From Eledone cirrhosa (Eukaryota): DNA of 64,000 nt. The notes beneath the pieces were generated by a model that saw only the letters and a list, made by a program, of their open reading frames with translations, was not told where the DNA came from and did no database searches. Of this stretch, positions 13,831-28,428 are shown in pieces (positions within the stretch are counted from its first letter, which is position 1; each line of letters begins with the position of its first letter). The DNA lies in assembly GCA_964016885.1 (NCBI GenBank), contig OZ024741.1:318308001-318372000 (forward strand), read 5' to 3'. Both the position numbers and the translations under genes were made by a program.

Positions 13831-15202
13831 CCAAGGTTTAACCCCTATTATGGCCGTATTTTAAAGGAAATACTACACAATATTTGAATTAATTAATTAA
13901 GAATTATTTAGATGATGTTTGTAACATAACTCATTTAAAATGGATAGTTTGTTTCATAAAGAGCCGGTTTTAGACGGATCGGTACCAAAGTGTTAATAAA
14001 TAATGTTAAAGAGAAAGTAAAAACAAATACAAAAGAACACAATAATTTTTTTAGGGGGGGGGGGGGGGGGGACTGAGGTTTGGTGTTACAGATTTATAGA
14101 GAAGAATATACATTAATAGTACGAACTAGAAGAAAGACGGAAAAATATGTGTGGAATATGAAAAGGAAATTACACACCCTACAACGTCTTGATGTATCAA
14201 TAAAGAAGCGTTTCAATTGTTATATTCACAAAGAATAGAATGAATGGGTGGCATCCTCCATCACATGGATAACGCTATCAGATCGCCTCAAGAGACCTTC
14301 AATAGTTGATGCTTCCCACTGGGTAAAAATTAATTAAGATAACATTAGCATTTTGATAACAACCCAACCAAAACCGCCTCTAGTTCCACGAAACAAAACT
14401 ACCCATTCTAGAACGTTCCTATGTAGATCTAAAGATTCCAACATAATTTAATATAAAATTCTTTTCATAAGATATGTTACAAATACCACCTTAATATTAA
14501 AATAATCATTTCAATAAAAGAAAAGAAAAAATGCCGATCGTCAGATAGGACTAAGGAAACATTGTTTCCGTTGATCTTTGCACTGTTGCAACTGTTTGCC
14601 ATGCGCAACACTTGAGTACTACACCATAAGCCCCAGGTCACGTGCCTTTACGGTTAGTTCAAATACTGCTGTTTTAAATTAGAAATATGGTAATGAATGG
14701 GTTAAAACGGAGACAGTTATACAGTCACTGAAAACATGTAACATTGTCAATAACCTTGAGGTTACAAAGGGTGAACTTTTATATGAATAAAACGTCTCTT
14801 TTGATACCAAAAGCCTTCATGGCCCTCAAGAAATCATGGATGATAACTATCATGAATATCAACAGTATTTCGATTCTGTAGGCTTTGAAAATCAGATAAA
14901 AAAAAAAGGCTTTGATATTTTTGTCATTATTCTCATGAATATAAAATATAATTCATACTTCTAAATATTTAGAAAACGTGCTGAAAATACGACGCTGATA
15001 AATAAATAATGTTGGAATAACCAACATATTCGAAAAAATATTCGTAATATATTTTTTATATCTTTTTTTACCTTTACATCTTGTCTGTACTACTCTTTGA
15101 AAATTATATTAAATGATATAAGCTTTAAATTTACTCGGAATTTGAATGAAATTTGAATGCAACAATCTAACTAACTATCTATCTATCTATCTATCTATTT
15201 AT

Positions 15203-15296
<94 letters not shown>

Positions 15297-15321
15297 CCAT
15301 CTATTCATTTATTTATCTTTT

Positions 15322-15361
<40 letters not shown>

Positions 15362-15883
15362 TCATAAAAAACGATAAAGTTTCATTTACATGTAGTTAGT
15401 TTTTTATTGTGAATCGCCAATCTGAATACCAAATCGATAATGGAGTCTAGTCCATAACGTCTATGGGTGTTCCTGGGCCTATCTTTTGCGAAACGCGCGT
15501 AACAGGTCAATACACAATAAAAAAAAAATTAACTACATGTAAACGAAATTTCAAAAGCGCTACCTAACGTTTCAAGGCCCAATTTTGACCAGAATATAAG
15601 AGCGACCACATTCGTAACCTAGTGATCGGGTGCTTGGACGAGTTTGAAGATACCGTTAGAATTAGCGTGTGTTGGTCGCTTCTTTATGAAAACGTAGTAT
15701 AACAATTTTTGGACAGGTGGAAGTGAATTATATTGACATTAGTGCTTAACTGGTCCTTTATTTTAAGGATAGGTAGCGCTTTTGTTTCGTATAAAGAATA
15801 TACTAGATCAGCTTTCATACCTAATTGAGCACTGTTTTCGTTTTCCTTTTTCCCATCCACTGATATTTTATTTCATATATATA

Positions 15884-15976
15884 CTATGTGTCCAAAAAAT
15901 GTATACACATTTCAACAGCATTCTAATAAATATTGCCTGTACAGGTAATCAAGATGTGTATATATTGGGGACACAC
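15884..15976. mobile_element. Tiny Tc1/mariner-type MITE (degenerate)
   Basis: GTGTCCAAAAAATGTATACAC...GTGTATATATTGGGGACAC inverted ends. Homologous to 18675-18772. Confidence 0.65.
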
Positions 15977-16844
15977 ACACACAGACACACTATATATATT
16001 TCTAGCAATCAAACGATGATATAGGAGCGCTATCATTAGCTGATTAATATACATATTATTGATGCAAATGTAACACATTTTTATTACAAGAATGGGAGGT
16101 AGATTGGCTGAATCGTTAGAGCGCAGGACAAAATATTTCGCGACATTTACTTACGGCTCTTTACGTTCTAAATTCATAACCTGCCTAGGTTATCGATAAA
16201 ATAGTACCAGCCAAGCACTAATGTTGATATAATCCCCTTCCACCTGCCCCCAAATTGATCGTCTTGTTCCTAACTTAGAAACCATTACAAGAACTGTTGA
16301 GTTCAAATCTCGCTGAGATCCAGTTTGTCTTTCATCCTTCCGAAGTCTATACATTAAAGTAGCAGTCAATACTGGGATATATATAATTGGCTTTCTTCTC
16401 CTTGCAAATTACTGGTCTTGTGCCTAAATTAGAAAATAATAATTAATGCTAGAAGACTAGAAGAGAAGAGTTAGGTGTCTTGTATCTTCTGACAATCAAA
16501 ACCTTTTGATAGCTATAGCTATCGTTTATCCTGCCTGTTTTCAATGTCTGTTTGACAAAACATGGTGTTTCATTACACTTCCTTAAACCTGAGGAGAAAT
16601 AGTCAATTTTACAAAGCTATTTTAAGATCTCAAGTTGTTTAGAACAACCAAAAAATTATTGATCTTGAAAGAAACAATTCAGTGACTCAAGTACTGATCT
16701 GGCATCACTAGTGTAGTCTAAAAATAAATATGGCACATGAACTTGTGTGGGAGCCACATTACGGTTGCTCCACTTGCCTGATATAATAGCAAAAGTTTCC
16801 CTAATTTTCACCCTCCGGTGATACCTGTATTGTACTGGCTTCAC

Positions 16845-17000
16845 GCTGAAGGTGCGTAGCTTAGTGGTTATGGCGTTCAGCCCACGGACGTAATGTCGTG
16901 AGATTGATTCCCGGTGGTGCATTGTGTCATTGAATAAGACACTTTATTTCACACTCATCTAGTCCACACAGCGGGAAAAAGTGTGTCGTAACATGTAATT
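16845..17000 (+). mobile_element. tRNA-derived SINE head
   Basis: TAGCTTAGTGG A-box, degenerate B-box, then the AAGACACTTTATTTCAC body. Confidence 0.6.
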
Positions 17001-17169
17001 CAACGTTGATTAAGCCTCAGCCTGTGCCCAGGTGGCATACATACAACTGATCCCATCGGTCACTTCCTTTTAGCCATAGCCATCTAGATTCCCTTTCTGT
17101 TGCTTCCATACTGCTTTTGATGGCTCTTCTATTCGTGTATACACACACACACACACACGCATACATATA

Positions 17170-17228
<59 letters not shown>

Positions 17229-17470
17229 TATAAGCAGTTGTGTTTAGAAGACGGTGTCGAGTGAAATTTGTAAATTGAATTAGGTTTCGCCTTACTTTTT
17301 GACTACAGAAAATAGTCTAATTGTTTGTCCGGCAAACAATAGGTGTGGGTTCGACACCCATGTGTGCTGATACACATTTTTTCAGATTCTGTGAGCTTAT
17401 ATGTCCTGTTATTAGATTACTTTCTGTATTCAAATGTATTGCGAAAGCTTCTAAATCAATTTTGAAATAG
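17229..17470. mobile_element. Diverged fold-back element with tRNA-like T arm (relative of 45889-46381)
   Basis: Abuts (TA)n. Minus strand carries GGCGAAACCTAATT..AATTTCACTCGACACCG. Plus strand carries the GTGGG-TTCGACA-CCCAT T arm and, ~80 nt later, GAAAGCTTCTAA. Confidence 0.55.
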
Positions 17471-17629
17471 ATTCTATAATATTTTGACTCACATCACTTA
17501 ATTGTTCCTATATTAGATAGTATCTAGAATAGATGAGCCAAGAGTGTAGTTTTGGTACGTGAGATGAAGAGATTATTTCATGTCACATGCTGTAGAGCAC
17601 ATTAAATTACTTCATTCTATATATGAATA

Positions 17630-17707
17630 TAGGGTGTCCCCCAATAATGTATACATACTTCAACAGCATTCTAATAAAAGTGTGTATACATTTTTGTGGA
17701 CACCATG
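17630..17707. mobile_element. Tiny Tc1/mariner-type MITE (~78 bp)
   Basis: AGGGTGTCCCCCAATAATGTATACA / TGTATACATTTTTGTGGACACCATG terminal inverted repeats with TA flanks. Confidence 0.7.
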
Positions 17708-17929
17708 TATATTTATAGTTTTGCTTTAAAATTTTAACAGTCTGAGTGAAACGAAAATATTTTAGAGCCTAAAGTAATATTATATTACATTAAATTTATT
17801 CTGAGATCGTCTCAGTTACCATGGAAGAACACAGTGTGAGACTGAGCTGTGATATCTCCTAGGGTAATTAAAAGTCTGCTCTCTTACCAGCAATAGCCAT
17901 GTGATATGCAGCAGCAACCATCTCCAACT

Positions 17930-18180
17930 GATCCGGCTGGATCCCCATGCTATCCAACCTTCTTGTTCGGGGTCTACCCCTGGGTCTCTTGTCGGTTGGT
18001 TTTGCCCGTAAAATCTGTCCAGTGATTCTTTCCTGAGACTTCTAACTACATGCCCATAGTATCGGAGCTGTGATCTCTGATTACGTATGACGGGATAAAA
18101 TGTGATAGAATCACCTAAGCTATTATTGGAAGAGGATCCACTCACGTATATGTTGTATACCACCCAACTGCATAGACATT
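17930..18180 (-). mobile_element. RTE LINE 3' relic
   Basis: RSQLRYYGHVVR and, frameshifted, KRPRGRPRTR, typical RTE C-terminal motifs. Confidence 0.7.
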
Positions 18181-18674
18181 AAGATGTCAAATCAGTTTAT
18201 TTAACTCTTAACATCCTGAATTACACCATGCACACACAGCATTAGTTTTCAGCATAATTCACTGCATCACATTAAATAGTAACATCTTCAATTAATATTT
18301 CCCATCTTCAAACATTTTCAACTAAATCATTACAGGATGTTAAGAGTTAATAGAGCAAAGTTTTACAAAAACCTGTCCATCAATAAAGACACTATAAACA
18401 TTTCAATTAACAAACCCATTTTCAGACATGTTCTGATGAATCATTACAGGATTCTAATAGTTAAATGTCAAACTGTGCAAACTCCACCCGTTGGAAGGAG
18501 AGTTTGGGGACGCTACACCAACGAACCTCTCAAGAATAAGTGGGCGAAGAAGAAGATACATTACGTGTATAAATGAATAGATTAGCATATAGAAAATCGT
18601 AATCATTTATATTATAGAGAGACACACATACACACACAAACACATATATACATATAAATATACATATATATATA

Positions 18675-18769
18675 CATGGTGTCCCCGAAAATGTATACAT
18701 ACTTTCATTACTTGCACAGGCAATATGTATTAGAATTCTCTTGAAGTGTGTATACATTTTTTGGACACC

Positions 18770-18772
<3 letters not shown>
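18675..18772. mobile_element. Tiny Tc1/mariner-type MITE (98 bp)
   Basis: CATGGTGTCCCCGAAAATGTATACA / TGTATACATTTTTTGGACACCCTG TIRs with TA on both sides. A half copy lies near 29098-29150. Confidence 0.75.
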
Positions 18773-18828
<56 letters not shown>

Positions 18829-18829
<1 letters not shown>

Positions 18830-20223
18830 GACACTATTATTGTGTCTTTCGATGTAGTGAATCTCTACACAACGATCCCACACCAATACGGACTAGAAGC
18901 AATAGGATTCTGGCTAGAGAAATATCCCAATGAGATACCTGACAGAATAGAAAAAAGCTTCATCACCGAGGGATTAAAATTCATCCTACAGAACAACTTT
19001 TTTCATTTCGATGGCAGTACTTACAAGCAAATATCGGGGACTGCGATGGGTACAAAAGCCGCTCCAACTTATGCCAACTTAGTCATGGCATACTTAGAAG
19101 TCCAGATATATGAACAGTCCAAATCAAAATACGGATTGAACTTCCACAAATATTTATCAGAGAATTGGAAACGCTACTTGGATGATTGTCTCATTCTTTG
19201 GTCCCACACACTCGACCAACTGAAGGATTTCAAAAACTTAATAAACGGCATCAATAACCACATCCAATTCACAATGGAATACAGCCAAGATCAACTCCCA
19301 TTTCTGGACATCTTAATCACAAAAAAGACACAAATATCGAAACTGACATACACTACAAACCAACAGATTCCAAACAATATCTGCTATTCACCTCCAACCA
19401 TCCAAAGCACACGAAGACGAACATTCCTTTTAACCTAGCAAGAAGAATTTGCACAATTGTCTCCAATTATGAAACGCGAAATAAAAGACTTCAACAATTA
19501 AAGGAAATTCTACTCGAGAGAGAGTACCCACTATTACTAATAAATAATGGAATAGAAAGGGCTAAAGCAATTGATGAATTACGGAAACAGAAACAAATTC
19601 AAGGTACGTCCAATATTCTATCATATATCTCAACACACAACCCAAGAAATGCGGAAGCTTACAACACTATTCACAATAACATCGCACTACTAAAACAAAA
19701 CCCAAGAATGAAAAAAGCCCTTGAAACACACAAAATAATCAAAAGCAAAAGACAACCAAAATCACCGAAAACATTACTCACCAATGCCAAATTACCTACC
19801 ACAAACCCACAACCAAGTATCAAAAAATGTGGTCGCTCTAATTGTGGAACCTGCACTCACCTCATTGAAGGCAACACGTATACATTTAAATCAGGACAAA
19901 ATTTTACTGTAAAAAATCACTTCACTTGCTCATCAAAAAATCTAATTTATGCCATTAAATGTAAAGGATGCAATGAAGATTATATAGGACAAACTAAACT
20001 CACACTCAGAAACAGAATGACAGTTCATCGCCAACAATTACGAGATCCAACCACGAGACAGATACCACTAAGTGCACATCTAGACATTTGCGCAAGTAAT
20101 AAGACACCCAAATTCCAAGTCTTCCCATTTTACCTTTGCGCTAACAATACAACAGAACAAATGCGAATAAATAAGGAAAATATGTTTATTCAAAAATATA
20201 GACCAACATTAAATAAGGTTTAA
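18829..20223 (+). pseudogene. PLE RT-GIY-YIG ORF, frameshifted
   Basis: SFDVVNLYTTIP, QISGTAMGT, RYLDD, LPFLD, Cys linker CGRSNCGTC, NLIYAIKC..YIGQT..RMTVH. Frameshift near 19320-19330. Confidence 0.92.
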
Positions 20224-20707
20224 TATACATTATGTCAACACCACAATATGACATACACACACACACATAACACCTTCTACTTTAGAAAATAAAAACCCGA
20301 ACTAAATAAACCTTAACATACGTTTGCACTGGCAATACAACAGCAAACACGAAAAAGTAAGGAAAATATGTTCATTCAAAAATATTCCTACTAAAGGAAT
20401 CACTTTCCTACACACACACATACACACACACACAAAAAATATATATATATATATTCTCTTCATCTTAACATGCTAACCATACTCCCACACACATAACACC
20501 CATACACACACATAACAACCCCCACACCTACAACTCCCTCCCCATTTCTACTAATAGAACCACTTTCCTACACACATATATATATACACACACACAAAAT
20601 ATATATTCTCTCCACCTTAACATACTCGCACACACACACATAACACCCATATACACACACACACAACTCCACTCCCCCATCTCTACTAATAGAATCATCT
20701 TCCAATA

Positions 20708-20752
<45 letters not shown>

Positions 20753-21276
20753 ATACACACACACAAGCACACAAATAAACATACATATCTTCACTTCAAT
20801 AGAAAATCTGAACTCTGACACCCCGGCGAGCTGGCCATATTCACTGAACCAGAACATTTCTCCCAATCCCTTTTCTCTTGACCACTATCTCTCCATTGTC
20901 ATAACATTCACTATAAAGACTACAGAATAGTTTTCCAAATAAGGGCGCAAAAATGTAATGAAAACTTGTTCACGTGACAGCCAAATTTCATTTATAACCA
21001 ACCAAAAAAAAAAAGCCTTCGTGAGCCTCCTTTTTTCAAGTAAAAAGAAATTCAAACACTCATATATGAAAAAAACAACCTGTGACAACCCCCCCTCTCT
21101 TATTTGAAGAACTATTGTAACGCGAACTGGCACGAAATTTATTATAATTATTGACAAACCAATCAAATTACTTCTCGAAAAACCTGGCATTTCGAGCCAC
21201 TTTTTCCATATAAAACAAGTAACATTCAGAGACCAACCAGATGTGAGAAAAACCACAGACCCTCCATCTCAACTCA

Positions 21277-21314
21277 CCTTTTGAAAAGCAGAAGAACTGC
21301 GAAACCGGTAAAGG
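21277..21314 (+). ncRNA. Minimal type-I hammerhead, U3-A8 variant
   Basis: CCTT-TTGAAAA-GCAG aagaa CTGC-GAAA-CCGG-TA-AAGG, with intact stems I and II and a palindromic stem III. Confidence 0.8.
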
Positions 21315-21445
21315 AACCAAATAAATATATATATATTTTTTAAAAATAAGACTCCTGTTGCATTTTCGATTTCATCTCTTTTTCTTTATAATTTCACTCG
21401 TGTAGGACACCTCGGTTATTTTTCATTTTGTAAAAAAACCCTCAC

Positions 21446-21520
<75 letters not shown>

Positions 21521-21671
21521 TCAGTCTACCGATCGCTATATTTGATTTGCAAAGCTGTCTAAACGTATTGTTATTACAGTGGGGTATTGTTCTCTATCGA
21601 GTGCTAAAGCTACATTCCGAATTTGCATTCGTTAGCTTAGCCGCAGCCTGAAGCTTCGTTAATGCTGTACT

Positions 21672-21842
<171 letters not shown>

Positions 21843-21843
21843 C

Positions 21844-21874
<31 letters not shown>

Positions 21875-22019
21875 CACATATATATATATATACATATATA
21901 TATATACATATATATATACACATATATATATATACACATATATATATATATACATATATATATATACATATATATATACACATATATATATATACACATA
22001 TATATATATATATATATAC

Positions 22020-22377
22020 AGACTGAATAAAAATGGCGTAGACATACAATACAACAGGAGGAAAATATAGCACTACTGACGATGTTGCAGATGTGCAACG
22101 AAAGATTTATGATAAACTATATATATGTGTTTGTGTCTATATTGTATCTGTATTATTTTTGACCGTCGTCAGTCAATGGCAACATTGAGGACCGAGTAAG
22201 TTAGATTACCGATATAAAAGACACAGAAGCGAGAAGCGAAAACCAACCATACGATGAGTGTGTTCTGTTATTAATTCTGGCAATATTACACAAATATGAC
22301 CCTCCCCAAGTATAACAATATTTGTTTCGACACACGATTTCATATAAAAAACCTCGCAAAACTAATTCATCGCCGCT
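22020..22377 (+). mobile_element. Solo PLE pLTR with HHR-like core and ORF start
   Basis: CTGACGA-GTTGCA gatg TGCAAC-GAAA at 22076-22103. Ends in [15 protein letters not shown], matching [15 protein letters not shown] at the end of the 23.6-26.1 kb PLE. Flanked by (TA)n. Confidence 0.7.
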
Positions 22378-23567
<1,190 letters not shown>

Positions 23568-26119
23568 AGTAATAATAATAAATGTGAAGACTAAAATCCA
23601 GAGAGGGCTCGAAAAGGATAAATATATATCAAATATATCATGGTATGATAGCAATAAACACCACAAGAGCATGAGGATAGAGAAAAAGCCCTCAATGCCC
23701 ATATGATGATGTGGACAAATATAATGCAGCCCAACAAAAGGACTGCTAACAACTTCCAGGCCTGGAACAATGACGTGCCAGCGTTGTATGGGCTTCGAAA
23801 AGACCATAAAACGAGCAGTGACCCTGTCACAGGACCACCAACACGGCCAGCCTGTGGAGCTAACATTGCTAGTAATTACAGACTGTCCTACTTCCTCTCC
23901 CTGATAATACGCCCCATCATTGAAATGTCCTCAGATGTATGTGACAGCACGGAGGACCTCCTCAGCAGAATCGGCAAGAGTAACCGATCTAGGGACCTAA
24001 CAGACTGCATAATAGGTAGTATGGATGTTGTGTCCCTGTATCCATCTATTGACGTGGATTTTGCCGTGGAAAAATGCGTAGAAATGATCAGTGAGAGCAA
24101 TGTTGAATTCCGTGGGATTGATACCAGTGAGCTGGGACTCCTACTTAAACTTACCTATAGTAATCATTATCTAGATACATATGACCTTAGCAAACTGTGC
24201 CCTACAAGACCAGCAAGAGGCAGACCACCTACCATTACCTCAATGGCCAAGAAAACCCACACAGATAGATGGAAAGGGTGGACTAGAGCCATACGGACCC
24301 CCGAAAACCACGATGAACTAAAGAAAATGATTGCACATGCGGTGGGGCCAGCATAAAATTAAACCTTAAGGAACATATGTTCAAATTTAATGGAAAAACA
24401 TATGCCCAAGAGGAGGGAGCAGCCATTGGTGTTAGAATTGCAGGCGACATAGCTAACCTTTTCATGGTATGGTGGGACAGTAGACTTAAACTTAAACTTA
24501 AAGAACAATTAGTAGACCCCTTAACCCTGATACTGTACTCCCGCTACGTTGATGATATAATCATCGTAGTTAAAACACCCCCACTAGAGAACAGTTAGGA
24601 ATTAGAGAAAAACACAATGGAAAGCATCCAGCAAATAGCTAACTCCATCCACCAGAGTATTAGAGTTACTATAGACCTAGCAAACACCCCAACCATCGAT
24701 TACCTGTACTAGATACAGAGCTCTGGTTAGATACCATTAATAACAAAAAACAAATCCTCCATTCCCATTATGCCAAACCCATGACTTCCAAATATCTGAT
24801 CCACCGAAACTCAGCTGTTTCGGACCATACCAAAATCAACATACTGATTGCGGATTTGGTACGAGTGATGAGAAACGTGTCCCGCATGTGCAACCCCGAA
24901 GAACTAGAGACACACATACAGCACTTCATCCACCGTATGCAGTTCTCTGGTTACAATAAGAGAAATAAAATCAGAGTATAAAGAGGAGCCAGAACCAAAT
25001 GAGAAACAATGGTAAATAATGACACAAATGGGACCTGCCCCTTGTATAGGAGCAAATTTTGGAATAGAATAGAAAGAACTAGAAATAAGGCTAATAGAAT
25101 AAACTCATGGTATGATAGCAATAAATACCAGAGTGTAATGTTCATCGGTACAACCCCTAGAGGTGAATTAGCTTACAAATTTAGAAGGGCCCTAGATAAA
25201 CATAAACTCAATATTAAGATAGTAGAAAGACCAGGTAAAAACACTTATTAGCAAGACATACCCTTTTCAAAGACCTCCCTGTATAGATAAGAAATGTATA
25301 ATCTGTAAATTAAGCCCCCATATTAACTGTAAAACTAGAAATGTAGTATATAGCATAAGATGTACTGAAGGACAATGTAGAGATAAAAATATAGTGTACA
25401 TAGGTGAGACAGCTCGTAGTATAGGGGAACGGATAAATGAACACTGGCGAGACATTCAAGATAGTAAAGAATCATCTGAACTCTACCAACATGCTAAAAT
25501 AGAACATAAGGGTAAATTAGAGAACATAGAAATAAAAATAGAATCTACATACAGAAAAGACGCATTGCTTAGACAAATCACAGAGGCAATAAACATAAAT
25601 GAACTCGAACCAAAATTAAATAGAAAACATAAGTGGAACAGCAACATCACAACTTACAATTAAGGACAGAATGAAAACACACACGAACATAGAACAAACA
25701 ACCAACCAGTAACATGTAAATAAACAAATAAATAAACGAATATAAACACACACAGACACCCGGTTGTGGCGCATGCACAGACTGAGCACACAACACACAC
25801 AGAAACAAGATGGCGTAGGACAGAACAAAGGAGAGGCAGAAAAACAAAGAAAAGAATCCCCAGTAACTGAAGAGGTCATAGAATGTGTGACGAAAGAACT
25901 TTGACAATATATAAACAACCATCTGGTTGTGGAACCAACCAACCAACCAACCGGAAATTTATAAATTCCTAAATTTATAAATTTATTATAATAAATTGAA
26001 GTGAAAGCAACTGGTGCTTGTGTTTCTTATTGGCAACATGACCCTCCCAAAGTATAACAATGTCGGTTTCAACACACGTTTTCAGATAAAGAATCTTGCT
26101 AAACAAATTCAGAAACGAA

Positions 26120-26120
<1 letters not shown>
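23568..26120 (+). mobile_element. 5'-truncated Penelope-like element with expanded RT fingers region, in (TA)n
   Basis: RT and GIY-YIG fragments, a degenerate HHR core CTGAAGA..GAAA at 25867-25895, and a 3' tail running into the ORF start. Confidence 0.9.
23703..25663 (+). pseudogene. PLE RT-GIY-YIG ORF with several frameshifts and stops
   Basis: [77 protein letters not shown]. Confidence 0.9.
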
Positions 26121-26151
<31 letters not shown>

Positions 26152-26176
26152 ATAAAAATATATATATATATAAATA

Positions 26177-26293
<117 letters not shown>

Positions 26294-26320
26294 ATATAAA
26301 CATAGATATATATATAAATA

Positions 26321-26384
<64 letters not shown>

Positions 26385-26455
26385 TATATATGTATAAATA
26401 TATATATAAATATATATGTATATATATATGTAAATATATATATATATAAATATAA

Positions 26456-26500
<45 letters not shown>

Positions 26501-26505
<5 letters not shown>

Positions 26506-26664
26506 TTAGTTATACTATTTATGGTTATGTAAATACAAAACCTTATGCAGTTATAAGTATTTTACACACACCCTAAATAGTGGTAGGCAGTAATGTATTA
26601 CTACCTTATTACCAGTAAGTTAAGTAGCTCAATGTAAAAACATCAGATGATTTACAGAGCAGTT

Positions 26665-26729
<65 letters not shown>

Positions 26730-27070
26730 TATAAACATTATATACAGGAAAGGTTAGTAATTCATTACCACCTTATTACCAGTAAGAAAAATACATCAGA
26801 TGTTTTACATATAAATTACAGAATAATCAAAACTATGTTCAAAACATTTTATTGCTGACAATCGTTTCTTCCAAATTTTCGTTTGGAACATCAGAGCACT
26901 AGCAAAGTTTAGAAATATAATTAACCTCCTATTCCACAGAACAACTGTAAAGACACGTAGATATTAGTGTTGTCATTAACAGTGTCATATTTAAAGAGTG
27001 AAGATGATGTGGTCAGTATCAGTGGATGCGACAAAGATTATAAAAGAATAATACAATTATATGTAATTTA
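26501..27070 (-). mobile_element. Two pLTR/5' UTR remnants related to the Hydra-like PLE
   Basis: TATTTATGGTTATGTA, TATTACCAGTAAG, TAGCTCAATGTAA and TTTACAGAGCAGTTATA blocks match 40192-40360. Confidence 0.7.
26853..26898 (-). ncRNA. Minimal hammerhead-like motif
   Basis: Minus strand: TGCT-CTGATG-TTCCAAA cgaaaa TTTGGAA-GAAA-CGATTG-TC-AGCA. Core A9 is missing or changed. Confidence 0.65.
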
Positions 27071-27246
27071 TAAATATAAATATATATATTGGAATAAATG
27101 CTCTGAAATAGCGATATATATGTGAATATAGACATAGAATATTCGAAAATACTCTGTATGTTTATAATAAACATTTTGAAGACCTAATCGCTATAGAATA
27201 GAATACGTCACGTATTACAATTAGATTCTCGATAAAAGCAAGGGAA

Positions 27247-27289
27247 GTAATCTACGCGTTTCATTCTTGTTAGAAATCTTCAGGACTAC
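27247..27289 (-). ncRNA. Minimal type-I hammerhead ribozyme
   Basis: Reverse complement of 27654-27696. Confidence 0.9.
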
Positions 27290-27653
27290 ATATCCAGTGC
27301 TTTTATCGAGAATGACACAGCTAGAGACTTATAGAATACTTAGCTGTGTACAGGAACTGGTTTGAAAGAGCGGTTGCCGGTCCGGCAGAAATTAGAAATT
27401 GGAATAAATGCTCTGAAATAGCGATATATATGTGAATATAGACATAGAATATTCGAAAATACTCTGTATGTTTATAATAAACATTTTGAAGACCTAATCG
27501 CTATAGAATAGAATACGTCACGTATTACAATTAGATTATTCCAATTTCTAATTTCTGCCGGACCGGCAACCGCTCTTTCAAACCAGTTCCTGTACACAGC
27601 TAAGTATTCTATAAGTCTCTAGCTGTGTCATTCTCGATAAAAGCACTGGATAT

Positions 27654-27696
27654 GTAGTCCTGAAGATTTCTAACAAGAATGAAACGCGTAGATTAC
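27654..27696 (+). ncRNA. Minimal type-I hammerhead ribozyme
   Basis: GTAGTC-CTGAAGA-tTTCT aaca AGAAt-GAAA-CGCG-TA-GATTAC: canonical core, 6-bp stem I, palindromic stem III. Confidence 0.92.
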
Positions 27697-27963
27697 TTCC
27701 CTTGCTTTTATCGAGAATCTAATTGTAATACGTGACGTATTCTATTCTATAGCGATTAGGTCTTCAAAATGTTTATTATAAACATACAGAGTATTTTCGA
27801 ATATTCTATGTCTATATTCACATATATATCGCTATTTCAGAGCATTTATTCCAATTTCTAATTTCTGCCGGACCGGCAACCGCTCTTTCAAACCAGTTCC
27901 TGTACACAGCTAAGTATTCTATAAGTCTCTAGCTGTGTCATTCTCGATAAAAGCACTGGATAT

Positions 27964-28006
27964 GTAGTCCTGAAGATTTCTAACAAGAATGAAACGCGTA
28001 GATTAC
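27964..28006 (+). ncRNA. Minimal type-I hammerhead ribozyme
   Basis: Identical to 27654-27696, offset +310 bp. Confidence 0.92.
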
Positions 28007-28273
28007 TTCCCTTGCTTTTATCGAGAATCTAATTGTAATACGTGACGTATTCTATTCTATAGCGATTAGGTCTTCAAAATGTTTATTATAAACATACAGA
28101 GTATTTTCGAATATTCTATGTCTATATTCACATATATATCGCTATTTCAGAGCATTTATTCCAATTTCTAATTTCTACCGGACCGGCAACCGCTCTTTCA
28201 AACCAGTTCCTGTACACAGCTAAGTATTCTATAAGTCTCTAGCTGTGTCATTCTCGATAAAAGCACTGGATAT

Positions 28274-28316
28274 GTAGTCCTGAAGATTTCTAACAAGAAT
28301 GAAACGCGTAGATTAC
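28274..28316 (+). ncRNA. Minimal type-I hammerhead ribozyme
   Basis: Identical to 27654-27696, offset +620 bp. Confidence 0.92.
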
Positions 28317-28428
28317 TTCCCTTGCTTTTATCGAGAATCTAATTGTAATACGTGACGTATTCTATTCTATAGCGATTAGGTCTTCAAAATGTTTATTATA
28401 AACATACAGAGTATTTTCGAATATTCTA

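Larger units (their letters stand above)
18829..21451 (+). mobile_element. 5'-truncated Penelope-like element (Neptune-like) in (TA)n
   Basis: RT followed by GIY-YIG, a 3' UTR and a pLTR with an HHR at 21277. Both ends join (TA)n. Confidence 0.92.
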
